This document shows positions 1 to 9,998 of a stretch of DNA of 61,726 bases, piece after piece (the stretch's first letter is position 1; each line of letters begins with the position of its first letter). Under the pieces are notes generated by a model. That model was not told the origin of the DNA and made no database searches. It was given only the letters and a program-made list of their open reading frames with translations. This DNA is from a virus (lineage: Duplodnaviria; Caudoviricetes): positions 1 to 61,726 of IMG/VR virus record IMGVR_UViG_3300046028_004204. The stretch is one strand, 5' to 3'. The translations under genes and the position numbers were made by a program.

Positions 1-641
1 AGATGATTGATTCGTTGGGTATGTTATTGACACCTACTGATGTTAATCAGTTCCAAGCAGGTGATATGAAAGGTGATATGGGTCGTAAGCCTAAAGCACT
101 AACAGCACTTGTTCGCAACTGTGTTAATATGTTTGGCGCCTACAACATTGGTATGGTATGTACCAATCACACATATGCAAGTCAAGATATGTTTGATCCA
201 GATGACAAAATCAGTGGTGGACAAGGTTTCATCTACGCAAGTTCGATCGTTGTTGCTATGCGTAAGTTGAAATTAAAACTGGATGCAGACGGCAATAAGA
301 CTACAACTGTACAAGGTATTCGTGCAGCCTGTAAGATCATGAAAACTCGTTATGCAAAGCCCTTTGAAAGTGTACAGGTTGAGATTCCTTATGAAACAGG
401 TATGAGTCCATATAGTGGATTAGTCGATCTGTTTGAAGCCAAAGGGTTACTCAAAAAAGAAGGTAACAGCCTTGTCTACACTACCAAAGACGGTGAGATC
501 ATCAAGCAGTTCCGCAAGGCCTGGGAAAAGAATGAGAAGAATGGTTTAGATATTGCTATGGAAGACATTTCAAAACATGGCGAAATTTCCGCTTCAGAGA
601 TAACTACTATTGTTGAACCTGAAACGGAGATTACTGAATGA
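1..641 (+). CDS. uvsX: UvsX/RecA-like recombinase (5' truncated by window)
   Basis: Walker B IDSLG, NHTY, SGG.GF.YASS and KTR motifs typical of T4 UvsX/RecA; upstream of UvsY. Confidence 0.92.
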   Translation, partial: MIDSLGMLLTPTDVNQFQAGDMKGDMGRKPKALTALVRNCVNMFGAYNIGMVCTNHTYASQDMFDPDDKISGGQGFIYASSIVVAMRKLKLKLDADGNKTTTVQGIRAACKIMKTRYAKPFESVQVEIPYETGMSPYSGLVDLFEAKGLLKKEGNSLVYTTKDGEIIKQFRKAWEKNEKNGLDIAMEDISKHGEISASEITTIVEPETEITE

Positions 642-874
642 AAGAAGATTTAATTGCAGATATTTGGACCTTGGTCATAGAGCATATCCCAGAGAAGCAT
701 CGTAAAGATCTTGCTGCTGACTTTGTTAATACACTTTTAGATTATGGCATTAAAGAAAGTATTCTAAAAGATTTAACAGGCGTTGACAGTTATCTAGATG
801 ATGCGATCAACTATGCAATCGACGGTGAAGAGATTGACGACGAAGATCCAGAGTATTACGAAGATGAGGAATAA
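638..874 (+). CDS. Acidic hypothetical protein
   Basis: 78-aa ORF coupled to uvsX by ATGA overlap. Confidence 0.7.
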   Translation: MKEDLIADIWTLVIEHIPEKHRKDLAADFVNTLLDYGIKESILKDLTGVDSYLDDAINYAIDGEEIDDEDPEYYEDEE

Positions 875-1330
875 ATGAATTGGTATGACAAGGTTAGTAG
901 AGATATAAGCAATATTCCAAATGCTGTGGCCTATTATGAAGCTGAGTTAATCGAAGCAAAACAAGATGTCCGCATAGCAGGAAACATCGAGAAGGCAAGT
1001 TCGCAAATGCCCGGCATCGTGGAAGAACGCTTTAATCAACTTCAAGAAATTGAAGGTATCCTTGAGTACTTAAACATTGAACTTCGCAGACTTCGTAGTC
1101 AACACTTTCGCAAATATCTCGAAAACTATCAACGAGCTTTATCTTCAAGGGACTGTGAAAAGTTTGTAGAAGGTGAAGCCGACGTTGTAGATTTTGAAAA
1201 AATTATCAACGACTTTGCCTTACTGCGTAACAAATGGTTAGGCATTATTAAAGCACTTGATCAGAAACAATGGCACCTTAGCAATATTGTTAAATTGCGG
1301 GTATCTGGACTAGAAGACGCCAGTCTTTAA
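875..1330 (+). CDS. uvsY: UvsY-like recombination mediator
   Basis: Helical 151 aa with YLENYQRALSSRDCEKFV.GE and KALDQKQW..SNIVKLR pattern; uvsX context. Confidence 0.8.
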   Translation: MNWYDKVSRDISNIPNAVAYYEAELIEAKQDVRIAGNIEKASSQMPGIVEERFNQLQEIEGILEYLNIELRRLRSQHFRKYLENYQRALSSRDCEKFVEGEADVVDFEKIINDFALLRNKWLGIIKALDQKQWHLSNIVKLRVSGLEDASL

Positions 1331-1362
1331 ATTCATTATAATATGCGCAGATAAATATCTGC

Positions 1363-2130
1363 ATGAAACGCATTATACTAATCACAGGGGGTTTCGATCC
1401 CCTTCATTCTGGGCATATTGCCTATATCAAAGCAGCTAGAGAGCTCGGCGATTCGCTAATTGTTGGGGTTAACTCCGACGATTGGCTGCGTCGAAAGAAG
1501 GGGCAAGAATTTATGCCCTGGGAAGAACGAGCAACTATCATTGCAGCACTTCATAATGTCGACAGAGTTATCAACTTTGATGACAGCGATAATAGCGCCA
1601 AGGATGCTATTAGAAAAGTTAGAGAAATACACCCAACTGCGCAAATAATTTTTGCCAATGGAGGTGACCGTACTAAAGAAAATATTCCAGAAATGGGTCT
1701 ACTTGAGGAAATGCTTCACTTAGATTTTATATTTGGTGTCGGTGGCGAGGATAAAAAGAATTCTAGTTCGTGGATTCTACAAGAATGGAAAGCTCCAAAA
1801 ACAGAACGTCAATGGGGATACTATCGTGTGCTTCATGACGTTGTTGGTTGCAAAGTTAAAGAACTCACTGTTGAACCTGGCAAAAGTCTAAGTATGCAAC
1901 GACATCAGCTTAGATCAGAGTACTGGCTAGTAACACATGGAGAATGTATCGTTAACTCAATGATGCCTAACGGATACGCTTTGCCGTCTAAACATTTAGT
2001 TAAACATCAGGAATTTAAAATTCCAGTAACTGAATGGCATCAACTAACCAATCCGTTCGAAGTTCCTTGTAAAATTGTAGAGATACAATACGGAGAACAA
2101 TGTATTGAAGAGGACATCGAAAGAAAATGA
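1363..2130 (+). CDS. Cytidylyltransferase fused to C-terminal cupin (mannose-6-P isomerase type II-like)
   Basis: GGFDPLHSGH (HxGH) and GVNSD motifs; C-terminal R.WG.Y...LSMQRH..RSEYW...EIQYG..EEDIER. Confidence 0.88.
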   Translation: MKRIILITGGFDPLHSGHIAYIKAARELGDSLIVGVNSDDWLRRKKGQEFMPWEERATIIAALHNVDRVINFDDSDNSAKDAIRKVREIHPTAQIIFANGGDRTKENIPEMGLLEEMLHLDFIFGVGGEDKKNSSSWILQEWKAPKTERQWGYYRVLHDVVGCKVKELTVEPGKSLSMQRHQLRSEYWLVTHGECIVNSMMPNGYALPSKHLVKHQEFKIPVTEWHQLTNPFEVPCKIVEIQYGEQCIEEDIERK

Positions 2131-2807
2131 TTCCAATCTTTATTGGTTATGATCCTCGCGAAGCTATTGCGTTTCACGTGTGTTCAAATAGCATTATTAG
2201 ACATTCCAGTCATCCAGTGAGTATCAATCCCTTGGCATTGAATATACTAAAAGACTACGAAGAAAAACACACTGACGGTAGTAATCATTTCATCTACAGT
2301 CGCTTCCTTGTTCCCCACCTAATGCAATACAAAGGTTGGGCAATATTTATAGACGGTGACATGTTGTTGCGTGACGATATTGAAAAGCTGTGGGCATTGC
2401 GAGACGAGTCAAAAGCAGTTATGGTTGTTAAACACAACTACAAAACTAAAATGACTGAAAAATATCTTGGTTCTAAAAACGAAGACTATCCTTGTAAAAA
2501 TTGGTCAAGTGTGATCCTCTGGAACTGTGGCCACCCCGCCAACGGTGTAGTTACACCGGAGTTTATACAAAATGCCACAGGAGCACAGGTACATAGATTT
2601 ACCTGGCTCTCTGATGAGTTGGTGGGCGAATTACCAGCAGAATGGAATTGGCTGGATATTGAATACCAGTGGAATCCTCAAGCAAAATTAGTTCACTATA
2701 CTTTAGGAACACCTTGCTTCCATGAATTTTCGAACCAAGGAGATTTTGCCAACGAGTGGCATAGAGAAAAAATTTATGTAGATTACTGTCTACAGCACGG
2801 TCTATGA
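2127..2807 (+). CDS. Glycosyltransferase (GT-A, GT8-like)
   Basis: IFIGYDPRE, FIYSRFLVP, DGD motif, KNWSS, HYTLGTP. Confidence 0.8.
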   Translation: MIPIFIGYDPREAIAFHVCSNSIIRHSSHPVSINPLALNILKDYEEKHTDGSNHFIYSRFLVPHLMQYKGWAIFIDGDMLLRDDIEKLWALRDESKAVMVVKHNYKTKMTEKYLGSKNEDYPCKNWSSVILWNCGHPANGVVTPEFIQNATGAQVHRFTWLSDELVGELPAEWNWLDIEYQWNPQAKLVHYTLGTPCFHEFSNQGDFANEWHREKIYVDYCLQHGL

Positions 2808-3595
2808 TCTTTTTAAGTAAAGAGGGAGAAGATGATTTTATAAATCTTTTTGCAAGAGGATGCAATACCACGCCCATTTCCACAGACGACTTTGTCTACG
2901 AATCTTCAACTGATTCTATTGTACTTAGGGGTATACTTAAACATAAAATTATGAAAAGATGCTGGAAAGATAACAGAACATTTTATTATATGGACACCGG
3001 ATATTTTGGAAATGAGAGATCATCGGCAAACCCAAACGGATGGAAACACTGGCATCGAATAGTAAAAAATGATTTGCAACACAGCGAAATTGTTGCAAGA
3101 TCCGATGATCGATTTAAAAAATTTAATAAAAAATTTACTCCCTGGAAAACTAACGGAAGCAAAATCTTAGTGGCAGCACCTGATGAAAAACCCTGCAAAT
3201 TTTATGGGGTTGACAAAGACGAATGGATTAAACAAACCGTAGAAACTATCAAGAAATATACAGATAGGCCGGTTGAAGTTCGACAACGAGCACCAAAAAG
3301 AATTGACAGAATTGCCAACGACACACTACAACAAGCACTAGATCGAGATGTTTTTGCATTAGTTACTTTCAACAGTGTTGCGGCTATTGAAAGTATCTTC
3401 TATGGTATACCGGCATTTACCCTAGCCCCCAATGCTGCAAGTCCTGTGTCTTTACAAGACATATCTAAAATAAATGAACCGTACTATGCAGATAATGATA
3501 AATTATATGCATGGGCTTGTCATCTGGCCTACGGACAATTTCACACAAATGAATTGAAAAGTGGTCAAGCAATGGAGATGTTATTAAATGGATGA
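2804..3595 (+). CDS. Capsule-polysaccharide/KpsS-like glycosyltransferase-family paralog 1
   Basis: YYMDTGYFG, VTFNS.AAIES, C-terminal LAYGQF..NE..SG shared with six other ORFs. Confidence 0.6.
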   Translation: MIFLSKEGEDDFINLFARGCNTTPISTDDFVYESSTDSIVLRGILKHKIMKRCWKDNRTFYYMDTGYFGNERSSANPNGWKHWHRIVKNDLQHSEIVARSDDRFKKFNKKFTPWKTNGSKILVAAPDEKPCKFYGVDKDEWIKQTVETIKKYTDRPVEVRQRAPKRIDRIANDTLQQALDRDVFALVTFNSVAAIESIFYGIPAFTLAPNAASPVSLQDISKINEPYYADNDKLYAWACHLAYGQFHTNELKSGQAMEMLLNG

Positions 3596-4358
3596 AAGTT
3601 TAGAAGATTTCTTTAGACAAACTGTGCCTGGCATTGATGTTTACAGGGGAATAGTTAAAAGAAAACATATACTAAGACACTGGCAAGAGAAAACAGAGTT
3701 CTACTATATGGACACAGGATATTTTGGAAATTTTATAAGCCCCGGTAATCCTGGTGGTAAAAAACTATTTCATAGAATAGTTAAAAACGATGTCCAAAAA
3801 CATTGGGTAGAAAATCGTCCCGGCGATCGATGGCAAGAGATTTGTAAAATTGATCCCAGATATCAATGGAACGGATGGAAAATAGGTCGCCGTCGCAGCA
3901 ACAAAATTTTAATAATCGTGCCAAATAGAAAATCTTGCATTTTTTACGGATACGATACTAATCCGTATATTAACAATGAACGACCTTGGCTAACAGAAAC
4001 AATAGAAACTATAAAAAAACATACAGATATGGAAATTGTTATTAGAGAAAAAGGCAGTAGATCTGCACGACAACACAATTCAATATTTGATGCACTAGAT
4101 CAGGGAATATTTGCTACCGTAACATTCAACAGTATTGCCGCCATTGAATCTATTGCCTATGGGGTACCCGCGTTTGTAGCAGTACCGTGTGCTGCATCTC
4201 CGCTAGCGTCAACAGATTTAACAAAGATAGCAACACCATTCTATCCAGACGAAACAGTAGTGCAACAACACTGTGCTTCGTTGGCCTACGGTCAATTCAC
4301 TGCCGAAGAGATAATCAACGGAACTGCTCAGAAATTATTAACTAAAAACTTCAAATGA
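3588..4358 (+). CDS. Same family, paralog 2
   Basis: YYMDTGYFG, VTFNSIAAIES, LAYGQFTAEE. Confidence 0.6.
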   Translation: MDESLEDFFRQTVPGIDVYRGIVKRKHILRHWQEKTEFYYMDTGYFGNFISPGNPGGKKLFHRIVKNDVQKHWVENRPGDRWQEICKIDPRYQWNGWKIGRRRSNKILIIVPNRKSCIFYGYDTNPYINNERPWLTETIETIKKHTDMEIVIREKGSRSARQHNSIFDALDQGIFATVTFNSIAAIESIAYGVPAFVAVPCAASPLASTDLTKIATPFYPDETVVQQHCASLAYGQFTAEEIINGTAQKLLTKNFK

Positions 4359-5455
4359 AATTACTGGTAAACGACAAAGAACTTGCAAACTATCTTTGTA
4401 TTCTAATTGATCTTGAAGATCAATGTAGACATATTAAGATAGACGAATCTAACAAATCTAATGTTTCTCAATCTATTGCATATGTTTTAGAAAAAAAGAA
4501 TCATGCTAAATTTAACATAGAAAAACACAGAGATAAATTTAAACAAAAAATTAGACAAGGAGTCACGAAAGATCTAGTGAATTGGCGTAGTCAAATCAAT
4601 GAAGTAGTAACTAGGTATAGAAAATATCATTTTCGTAACATTCATACACGGATAGATTATTTGTTGAACCGTCTTGACGAGCATCAAGTAATAGATCGTT
4701 ATCTCAAAAGTGATGTTGATTATTTTATAAAAACAGTAGGGCAACAAATAGATCCCACTGCCGAGATGATTCGACGCCAACATTTTGTAGATGCTAATGA
4801 AGATTGTTTGTTAAGAAATACTATAGGAAATGAAAATGTCATTGTTGACAAGATAGATAAAAACTTGCCGTTTTGGTTTATAGACAGCGGTTACACTAAT
4901 TTCATAGAACCTAATAAAAAATGGCATAGGTTAGTAAGAAATCATCTACACTTTAATCAAAGTTTTGTAGCCCCTGCAGATAGACTGGGCATATTTAGAA
5001 GTTTTCCTCAACCCTGGAGAAAAGATGGTTCTGCTATTTTAATTGTAGAGCCTGGCGAGTTTGCTGCCAACATTATGCATGTTGAAGCAAAATCTTGGAG
5101 TCAACAGGTAGCAACCGAACTTAGAAAATATACCGATAGGCCTATAGAATTTAGATCTAAAACAAATAAAAAAACACGAACTAGTCTTTATCAGCAATTG
5201 TGTCGAGGAGATTATTATTGTACTGTTAGCATTAATTCTAACAGTGCAGTTGAATCCGTTTGGGCTGGCGTTCCAGCTATAACCTTAAATAAACATGTTA
5301 GTAATATGGTAACTCGGAATCAGTTAAGTGATATAAATGATCTTTATTACGGATCATTAGGAGACTGGTTAGCATGGCTAAGTTATTGTCAATTTACTTT
5401 TGATGAGCTAATGGACGGTACCGCATTAAACATAATTAAAAAATATCATGTCTAA
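4355..5455 (+). CDS. Same family, paralog 3 (N-terminal extension)
   Basis: FIDSGY, SINSNSAVES, LSYCQFTFDE. Confidence 0.6.
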   Translation: MKLLVNDKELANYLCILIDLEDQCRHIKIDESNKSNVSQSIAYVLEKKNHAKFNIEKHRDKFKQKIRQGVTKDLVNWRSQINEVVTRYRKYHFRNIHTRIDYLLNRLDEHQVIDRYLKSDVDYFIKTVGQQIDPTAEMIRRQHFVDANEDCLLRNTIGNENVIVDKIDKNLPFWFIDSGYTNFIEPNKKWHRLVRNHLHFNQSFVAPADRLGIFRSFPQPWRKDGSAILIVEPGEFAANIMHVEAKSWSQQVATELRKYTDRPIEFRSKTNKKTRTSLYQQLCRGDYYCTVSINSNSAVESVWAGVPAITLNKHVSNMVTRNQLSDINDLYYGSLGDWLAWLSYCQFTFDELMDGTALNIIKKYHV

Positions 5456-6371
5456 ATTAACAGCAGTTGCATATTATGGCGGGATTCCTCCTTATAATAA
5501 TAATTTAGAAAAACCGTTAATTTTAAATAATTTTATTAGCGGAGTTAATGCCGCGGGCGATTCGGGAATTAGTCATCGAGGAATGAACGCGATTCCATGC
5601 GATGTTGCCTTTATACAAGGGTTCGTGCATGATGACGGGAAAAATCTCCCACACTTAAAACTAAGAAAAGATGCAATCAATCTTCAAAAGAAAAATAAAA
5701 AAAGATCTTTAATTTGTGATAGTAATTTATTTTTATATGCTGATCCCGAAAATACAAAAACTTATCTAAGATATAGCTTTGATGGAGTATTTCCCACCAC
5801 AGGATTCTATTTTGATCAAGACATAGACCCAGCTAGGTGGAAAAAATTAAGTGCAAATTTAGGTATATCATTGAAACCTTATCGATCAACAGGTAATCAT
5901 ATTTTATTATGTCTACAAAGAAATGGTGGCTGGAGTATGCGAGGATTACCTGTAATGGATTGGCTTAATCAAACTATCTATGAAATTAGAAAATATAGTT
6001 CTAGACACATAATAGTAAGAGCACATCCTGGAGATAAAAAGGTAGAAAGTTATTTAAAAATTAATCACCCAAATACTTCACTAAGTCAAAATAAAAGATT
6101 AGTAGATGATTTTAAAAATGCTTGGGCTACAGTGGTATATAATAGTAGTCCTAGTGTTGCAAGTGCCATTGAAGGCATTCCAATATTTTTAACAGACTCT
6201 CATCCAGAGTATAGTCAGAGTCAAGATGTAGCAAATTTTGATTTATCAAAGATTGAAAATCCTAACATGCCGGATAGGCAAGCATGGATAGAACGATTAT
6301 CAATGTGTCATTGGAAATTTGATGAATTAAAATCCGGCGAAGCTTGGCAATTTTTTAAAAGGTATATATGA
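5448..6371 (+). CDS. Same family, paralog 4
   Basis: VRAHP, VYNSSPSVAS, LSMCHWKFDELKSG. Confidence 0.6.
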   Translation: MSKLTAVAYYGGIPPYNNNLEKPLILNNFISGVNAAGDSGISHRGMNAIPCDVAFIQGFVHDDGKNLPHLKLRKDAINLQKKNKKRSLICDSNLFLYADPENTKTYLRYSFDGVFPTTGFYFDQDIDPARWKKLSANLGISLKPYRSTGNHILLCLQRNGGWSMRGLPVMDWLNQTIYEIRKYSSRHIIVRAHPGDKKVESYLKINHPNTSLSQNKRLVDDFKNAWATVVYNSSPSVASAIEGIPIFLTDSHPEYSQSQDVANFDLSKIENPNMPDRQAWIERLSMCHWKFDELKSGEAWQFFKRYI

Positions 6372-7075
6372 AATTAATGCACAACGGTTGGTATGTTCCC
6401 GACGATGATCAAAAAATAACCAGAGTTCTAGAGAACGACAGTGATAAATCCTTGCCGTCATATGAAGGAAGATATCGAGAACAAATTCTAGAACATTTAC
6501 CTAATAAACGAACTTTTGTTGATGTGGGAGCAAATGTGGGCATATGGAGTTTTTCTATGATTGGAAAATTTTCAAAGATCATCGGCTACGAGCCATCTAA
6601 ACAAAATATTGAATGTTTACAGGCCAATGTAAAAGATAGTATTGAAATTAGAACCAAAGCAGTGGCTGATTTTCAAGGTGAGGCTGATTTTCATCAGGCC
6701 GGCAAAAATTGTGGAGATGGCAAGCTATGTAGGCCAGGAATAAATTCCAGTTATACAGTCCCAGTGGTTAGACTAGATGACGAGCAGCTAACAGATGTTG
6801 ATCTCATAAAAATTGATGTTCAGGGATGGGAATTAGAAGTGTTGCGAGGTGCCGAACAAATTATCAAACAACAACAACCGTGGGTTATATTTGAAGTAAA
6901 TCAAGACATAGATGTCTGTTGCGAATTTATGCAGAATCTAAACTACGAAACCATTTATACCAAAAGCAAACGAGTATTTTTATGGGCTCCTAGATCTGGG
7001 TATAACATGCCCGCTGACGCCAACCAGTTTGGCAGATATCTAGGACCTGGACCGTATGCAGCACGATTTGGTTAA
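6368..7075 (+). CDS. FkbM-family SAM methyltransferase
   Basis: VDVGANVG, YEP, IKIDVQGWELEVLRG. Confidence 0.88.
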   Translation: MKLMHNGWYVPDDDQKITRVLENDSDKSLPSYEGRYREQILEHLPNKRTFVDVGANVGIWSFSMIGKFSKIIGYEPSKQNIECLQANVKDSIEIRTKAVADFQGEADFHQAGKNCGDGKLCRPGINSSYTVPVVRLDDEQLTDVDLIKIDVQGWELEVLRGAEQIIKQQQPWVIFEVNQDIDVCCEFMQNLNYETIYTKSKRVFLWAPRSGYNMPADANQFGRYLGPGPYAARFG

Positions 7076-7077
7076 AA

Positions 7078-7845
7078 TCAATTAATCAGTTGCCATGCAA
7101 CTCCGGAAAGTAGTTCTTCTCTAGTAAATTGAGAATATGCTAAATGATTTAACCAAGCCTGTTTGTCACTAGGATAAGCAGGCTTTATTTTTTCAATATC
7201 TTGTAATTGATAGGTATATAGACTTTTTGTAGCAGAGTGCCCTAGAGATATCACAGGTATGTCATGCATAGCTGCTTCAACTAGTGCATTAGAAGAATAT
7301 CCTACTACACAGAAAGTATCGTCTTTAATAAAATCTTTAAAGGTGTTTGAAACTACTCTATCGGCTCTAGGTTCGGGTCGTTTTCTTATTTTAATTTCAC
7401 GATCTGTAAAATTTTTTATTTTAAGAACTGTTTCATTAATCCATTGATCCTCTGATCCTAGTCCAAGAGTGTGAACTATTTTTCTATCAGGAGGCACAAC
7501 AACAATTGCAGATCCTTGTTTAAATGAATGTTGATCTATATTAAGTTGTTCCCATCTATCTGCGGCCCTGTCTATGATAGGATTGACATTTTGAAAATTG
7601 TTAACGCTCAATCTAAAAATTGTTTTTCGTTTCTTATTGCCAAAATATCCACTGTCTAAATTATAAAATTTTAAATTGTACTCTTTACAAAGTTCTAACC
7701 ATTGAGGTTTGAAAAACCCTGCCCAACACATAGGTAATGTGGTATTTTGATACATTTCATCATAGCTGACAAATTTTCCACCACCACCGCGAGTAAATTC
7801 GTTAGCACCGTAATCTGTACCTTCTACACATATGAAATTTGTCAT
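7078..7845 (-). CDS. Same capsule-like family, paralog 5
   Basis: LDSGYFG, YSSNALVEA, LAYSQFTREELLSG. Confidence 0.6.
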   Translation of the reverse strand: MTNFICVEGTDYGANEFTRGGGGKFVSYDEMYQNTTLPMCWAGFFKPQWLELCKEYNLKFYNLDSGYFGNKKRKTIFRLSVNNFQNVNPIIDRAADRWEQLNIDQHSFKQGSAIVVVPPDRKIVHTLGLGSEDQWINETVLKIKNFTDREIKIRKRPEPRADRVVSNTFKDFIKDDTFCVVGYSSNALVEAAMHDIPVISLGHSATKSLYTYQLQDIEKIKPAYPSDKQAWLNHLAYSQFTREELLSGVAWQLIN

Positions 7846-8675
7846 TGCCAATATGCTTCAGTTCTAATAACTTTTAAATCATCTTTTTTACTGCGACCAT
7901 CCTTCTTACGACTACCTTTAAGATGATCTAACCAAGCACCCCACTCACTATTAATTAATGGGTGACCTTCTCCCGAACTCATGCCCGGAACTGGTCGAAG
8001 ATCGTTTAGGTGTGCGGCCCAATCCAATTGCTGCATTTGTGGAAATTTACGACGAACAGCATCAAAAACAAAACTGTCGTGCCATTCTGCAAGTGTAAAA
8101 ATTCCTTGTTCTGCTTGGTCGTAGTATCTTTGAAATTCTTTTAAAAAAGCCTGAACATTGGCAGAACGCAGATTCATAGAATATAACCCGCATTCTGAAT
8201 ACTTACCTTTCCGTCCAAGATAACATAATTCAGAATTTGCAGGAATCATTCTTTCAAGATCCTGCATAGTTACAGGACTGTGACAAACAGTATCAGCATC
8301 CATCCATATTAATATATCTGCATCGGTAGTTTTTGCACAATCGAAAATAGCATAGACTTTGTGTGCAAATCTTACTGCGTGCCATTTAAATCCTTTCCCT
8401 GAGTCTTTTCTTTTACTTCTAACTGGGTCCTTAGTAACATCCCCGTTGGCCTTAGGAACATTTTTCCATTGTTCTTTAAACGCGGTTAATGCTGCTACAC
8501 TGTCGAGATCAGTTAATGTAACATGACTGTGATCTCGTATTGCGGGATTACATTTTTCTGGATAGATATGCAGGGTAACTTCTTTAGGCCATGTTGTACA
8601 AAAGCCATCAATCATTTTTTGTGCATATTTTTTAAGACCTTCTTCGTGAAATGTGGTAACAACGGCAATTTTCAT
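7842..8675 (-). CDS. Putative glycosyltransferase (GT-A)
   Basis: RFAHKVYA, WMDADT DxD, EWHDSFVFD, HLKG; start taken at MKIAVVTTF. Confidence 0.7.
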   Translation of the reverse strand: MKIAVVTTFHEEGLKKYAQKMIDGFCTTWPKEVTLHIYPEKCNPAIRDHSHVTLTDLDSVAALTAFKEQWKNVPKANGDVTKDPVRSKRKDSGKGFKWHAVRFAHKVYAIFDCAKTTDADILIWMDADTVCHSPVTMQDLERMIPANSELCYLGRKGKYSECGLYSMNLRSANVQAFLKEFQRYYDQAEQGIFTLAEWHDSFVFDAVRRKFPQMQQLDWAAHLNDLRPVPGMSSGEGHPLINSEWGAWLDHLKGSRKKDGRSKKDDLKVIRTEAYWQ

Positions 8676-9079
8676 TTTCTTATAATCTTCCAAATTTGGT
8701 AATCGTCTAAAATAGTAATTTGTTCGTATCTTATTCTTCTAAAGAAATCGATATACTCAGTACTTAGTACAAGGCTATTGTTTAAAAAAATAACAGGAGC
8801 ACACTTCCTTGTTAATTGAGGAATAAATTGAAAAATACCGTTATCGTAATTTGTATTGAGAAATACAATATCGATATTTTGCAATTCATTCAAAAAATTG
8901 TGATCTTGTATAGGTATAACATTTTTATATCTTGGTAGTTGGTGCTGATAACTGATACAGAATACTGTATTAAACCCGTTAATTATATATTCGATATTTT
9001 TTTGATCAGAACCTACCACAATGACATTGTCTATGGTTTTTTTAACAGTTTTTTGAATTCTTTTTATAAATTTAGACAT
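8672..9079 (-). CDS. Hypothetical protein
   Basis: 135-aa ORF coupled to next gene; TAAATA upstream. Confidence 0.6.
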   Translation of the reverse strand: MSKFIKRIQKTVKKTIDNVIVVGSDQKNIEYIINGFNTVFCISYQHQLPRYKNVIPIQDHNFLNELQNIDIVFLNTNYDNGIFQFIPQLTRKCAPVIFLNNSLVLSTEYIDFFRRIRYEQITILDDYQIWKIIRK

Positions 9080-9112
9080 GATATGGATTAAATACTCAGT
9101 TATTTATTTTAT

Positions 9113-9967
9113 ATGAAATTCAAACTTTATAAAAACTTCGGAGCACTAAACAGCGTTCCAGTGTTCAACGCCTTTGCTGACGGTGTTAGAGCGTGTGGTC
9201 ACGAAATTGTGGAAGACAGCGAAGATGTGGCGGTAATTTGGTCAGTTTTATGGAATGGTCGCATGGCCGGCAACCAACAAATTTACAATGCCTGCGTCAA
9301 ACAAAACAAACCCATTGTTGTCATCGAAGTTGGTAACTTAAAAAGAGGTCAGACATGGCGGATTTCTGAAGCCCATATCAATGGCCTTGGAATTTTTGGA
9401 AATATTGAAAATTTAGACCCCTTGAGACCACAAAAATTGGGTGTTGGTCTTCTCCCCGAAAAAACAAAGCGCCGTAATGAAATCCTAATTGCCACTCAAC
9501 ACAGCCGAAGTCTTCAATGGCAAGGCCAACCTAGTATGGAACAATGGATACGAGATACCATAGTAAAAATCAAACGCCACTCCAGTCGAAGAATCGTAGT
9601 TAGACCTCATCCTAGGTCACAAATTCGTGAAAAGTTTGCCGACGCAGTAATTGAGATTCCAAAGAAACTGGCCAACACCTACGACGAATACGACATCAAT
9701 TATGACTATCACTGTGTAATCAATTACAATGCCGGTCCAAGTGTTCAAGCAGTAATCAATGGCACGCCAACTATATGTGATAGTTCAAGTTTGGCGTTTC
9801 CGGTCAGTGAAAAATGGGAAAATTTAGAAAATCCACAATTGCCCAATCGTGAGGAATGGTTCTTAAAATTATGTTATACTGAATGGACGGTGGATGAAAT
9901 TAGTCAAGGCATTCCACTTAAACGCCTTGAAAGCTACCTTAAAGAAAAATTAAAAATTAGGCCTTGA
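9113..9967 (+). CDS. Same capsule-like family, paralog 6
   Basis: VRPHP, NYNAGPSVQA, LCYTEWTVDEISQG. Confidence 0.6.
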   Translation: MKFKLYKNFGALNSVPVFNAFADGVRACGHEIVEDSEDVAVIWSVLWNGRMAGNQQIYNACVKQNKPIVVIEVGNLKRGQTWRISEAHINGLGIFGNIENLDPLRPQKLGVGLLPEKTKRRNEILIATQHSRSLQWQGQPSMEQWIRDTIVKIKRHSSRRIVVRPHPRSQIREKFADAVIEIPKKLANTYDEYDINYDYHCVINYNAGPSVQAVINGTPTICDSSSLAFPVSEKWENLENPQLPNREEWFLKLCYTEWTVDEISQGIPLKRLESYLKEKLKIRP

Positions 9968-9992
9968 TTTTCACAATTTTAGGTGCTATACT
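9964..9992 (+). promoter_or_regulatory. sigma70-type promoter, leaderless geometry
   Basis: TTGATT-17-TATACT, 6 nt, then ATG at 9999. Confidence 0.7.
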
Positions 9993-9998
9993 GTATAG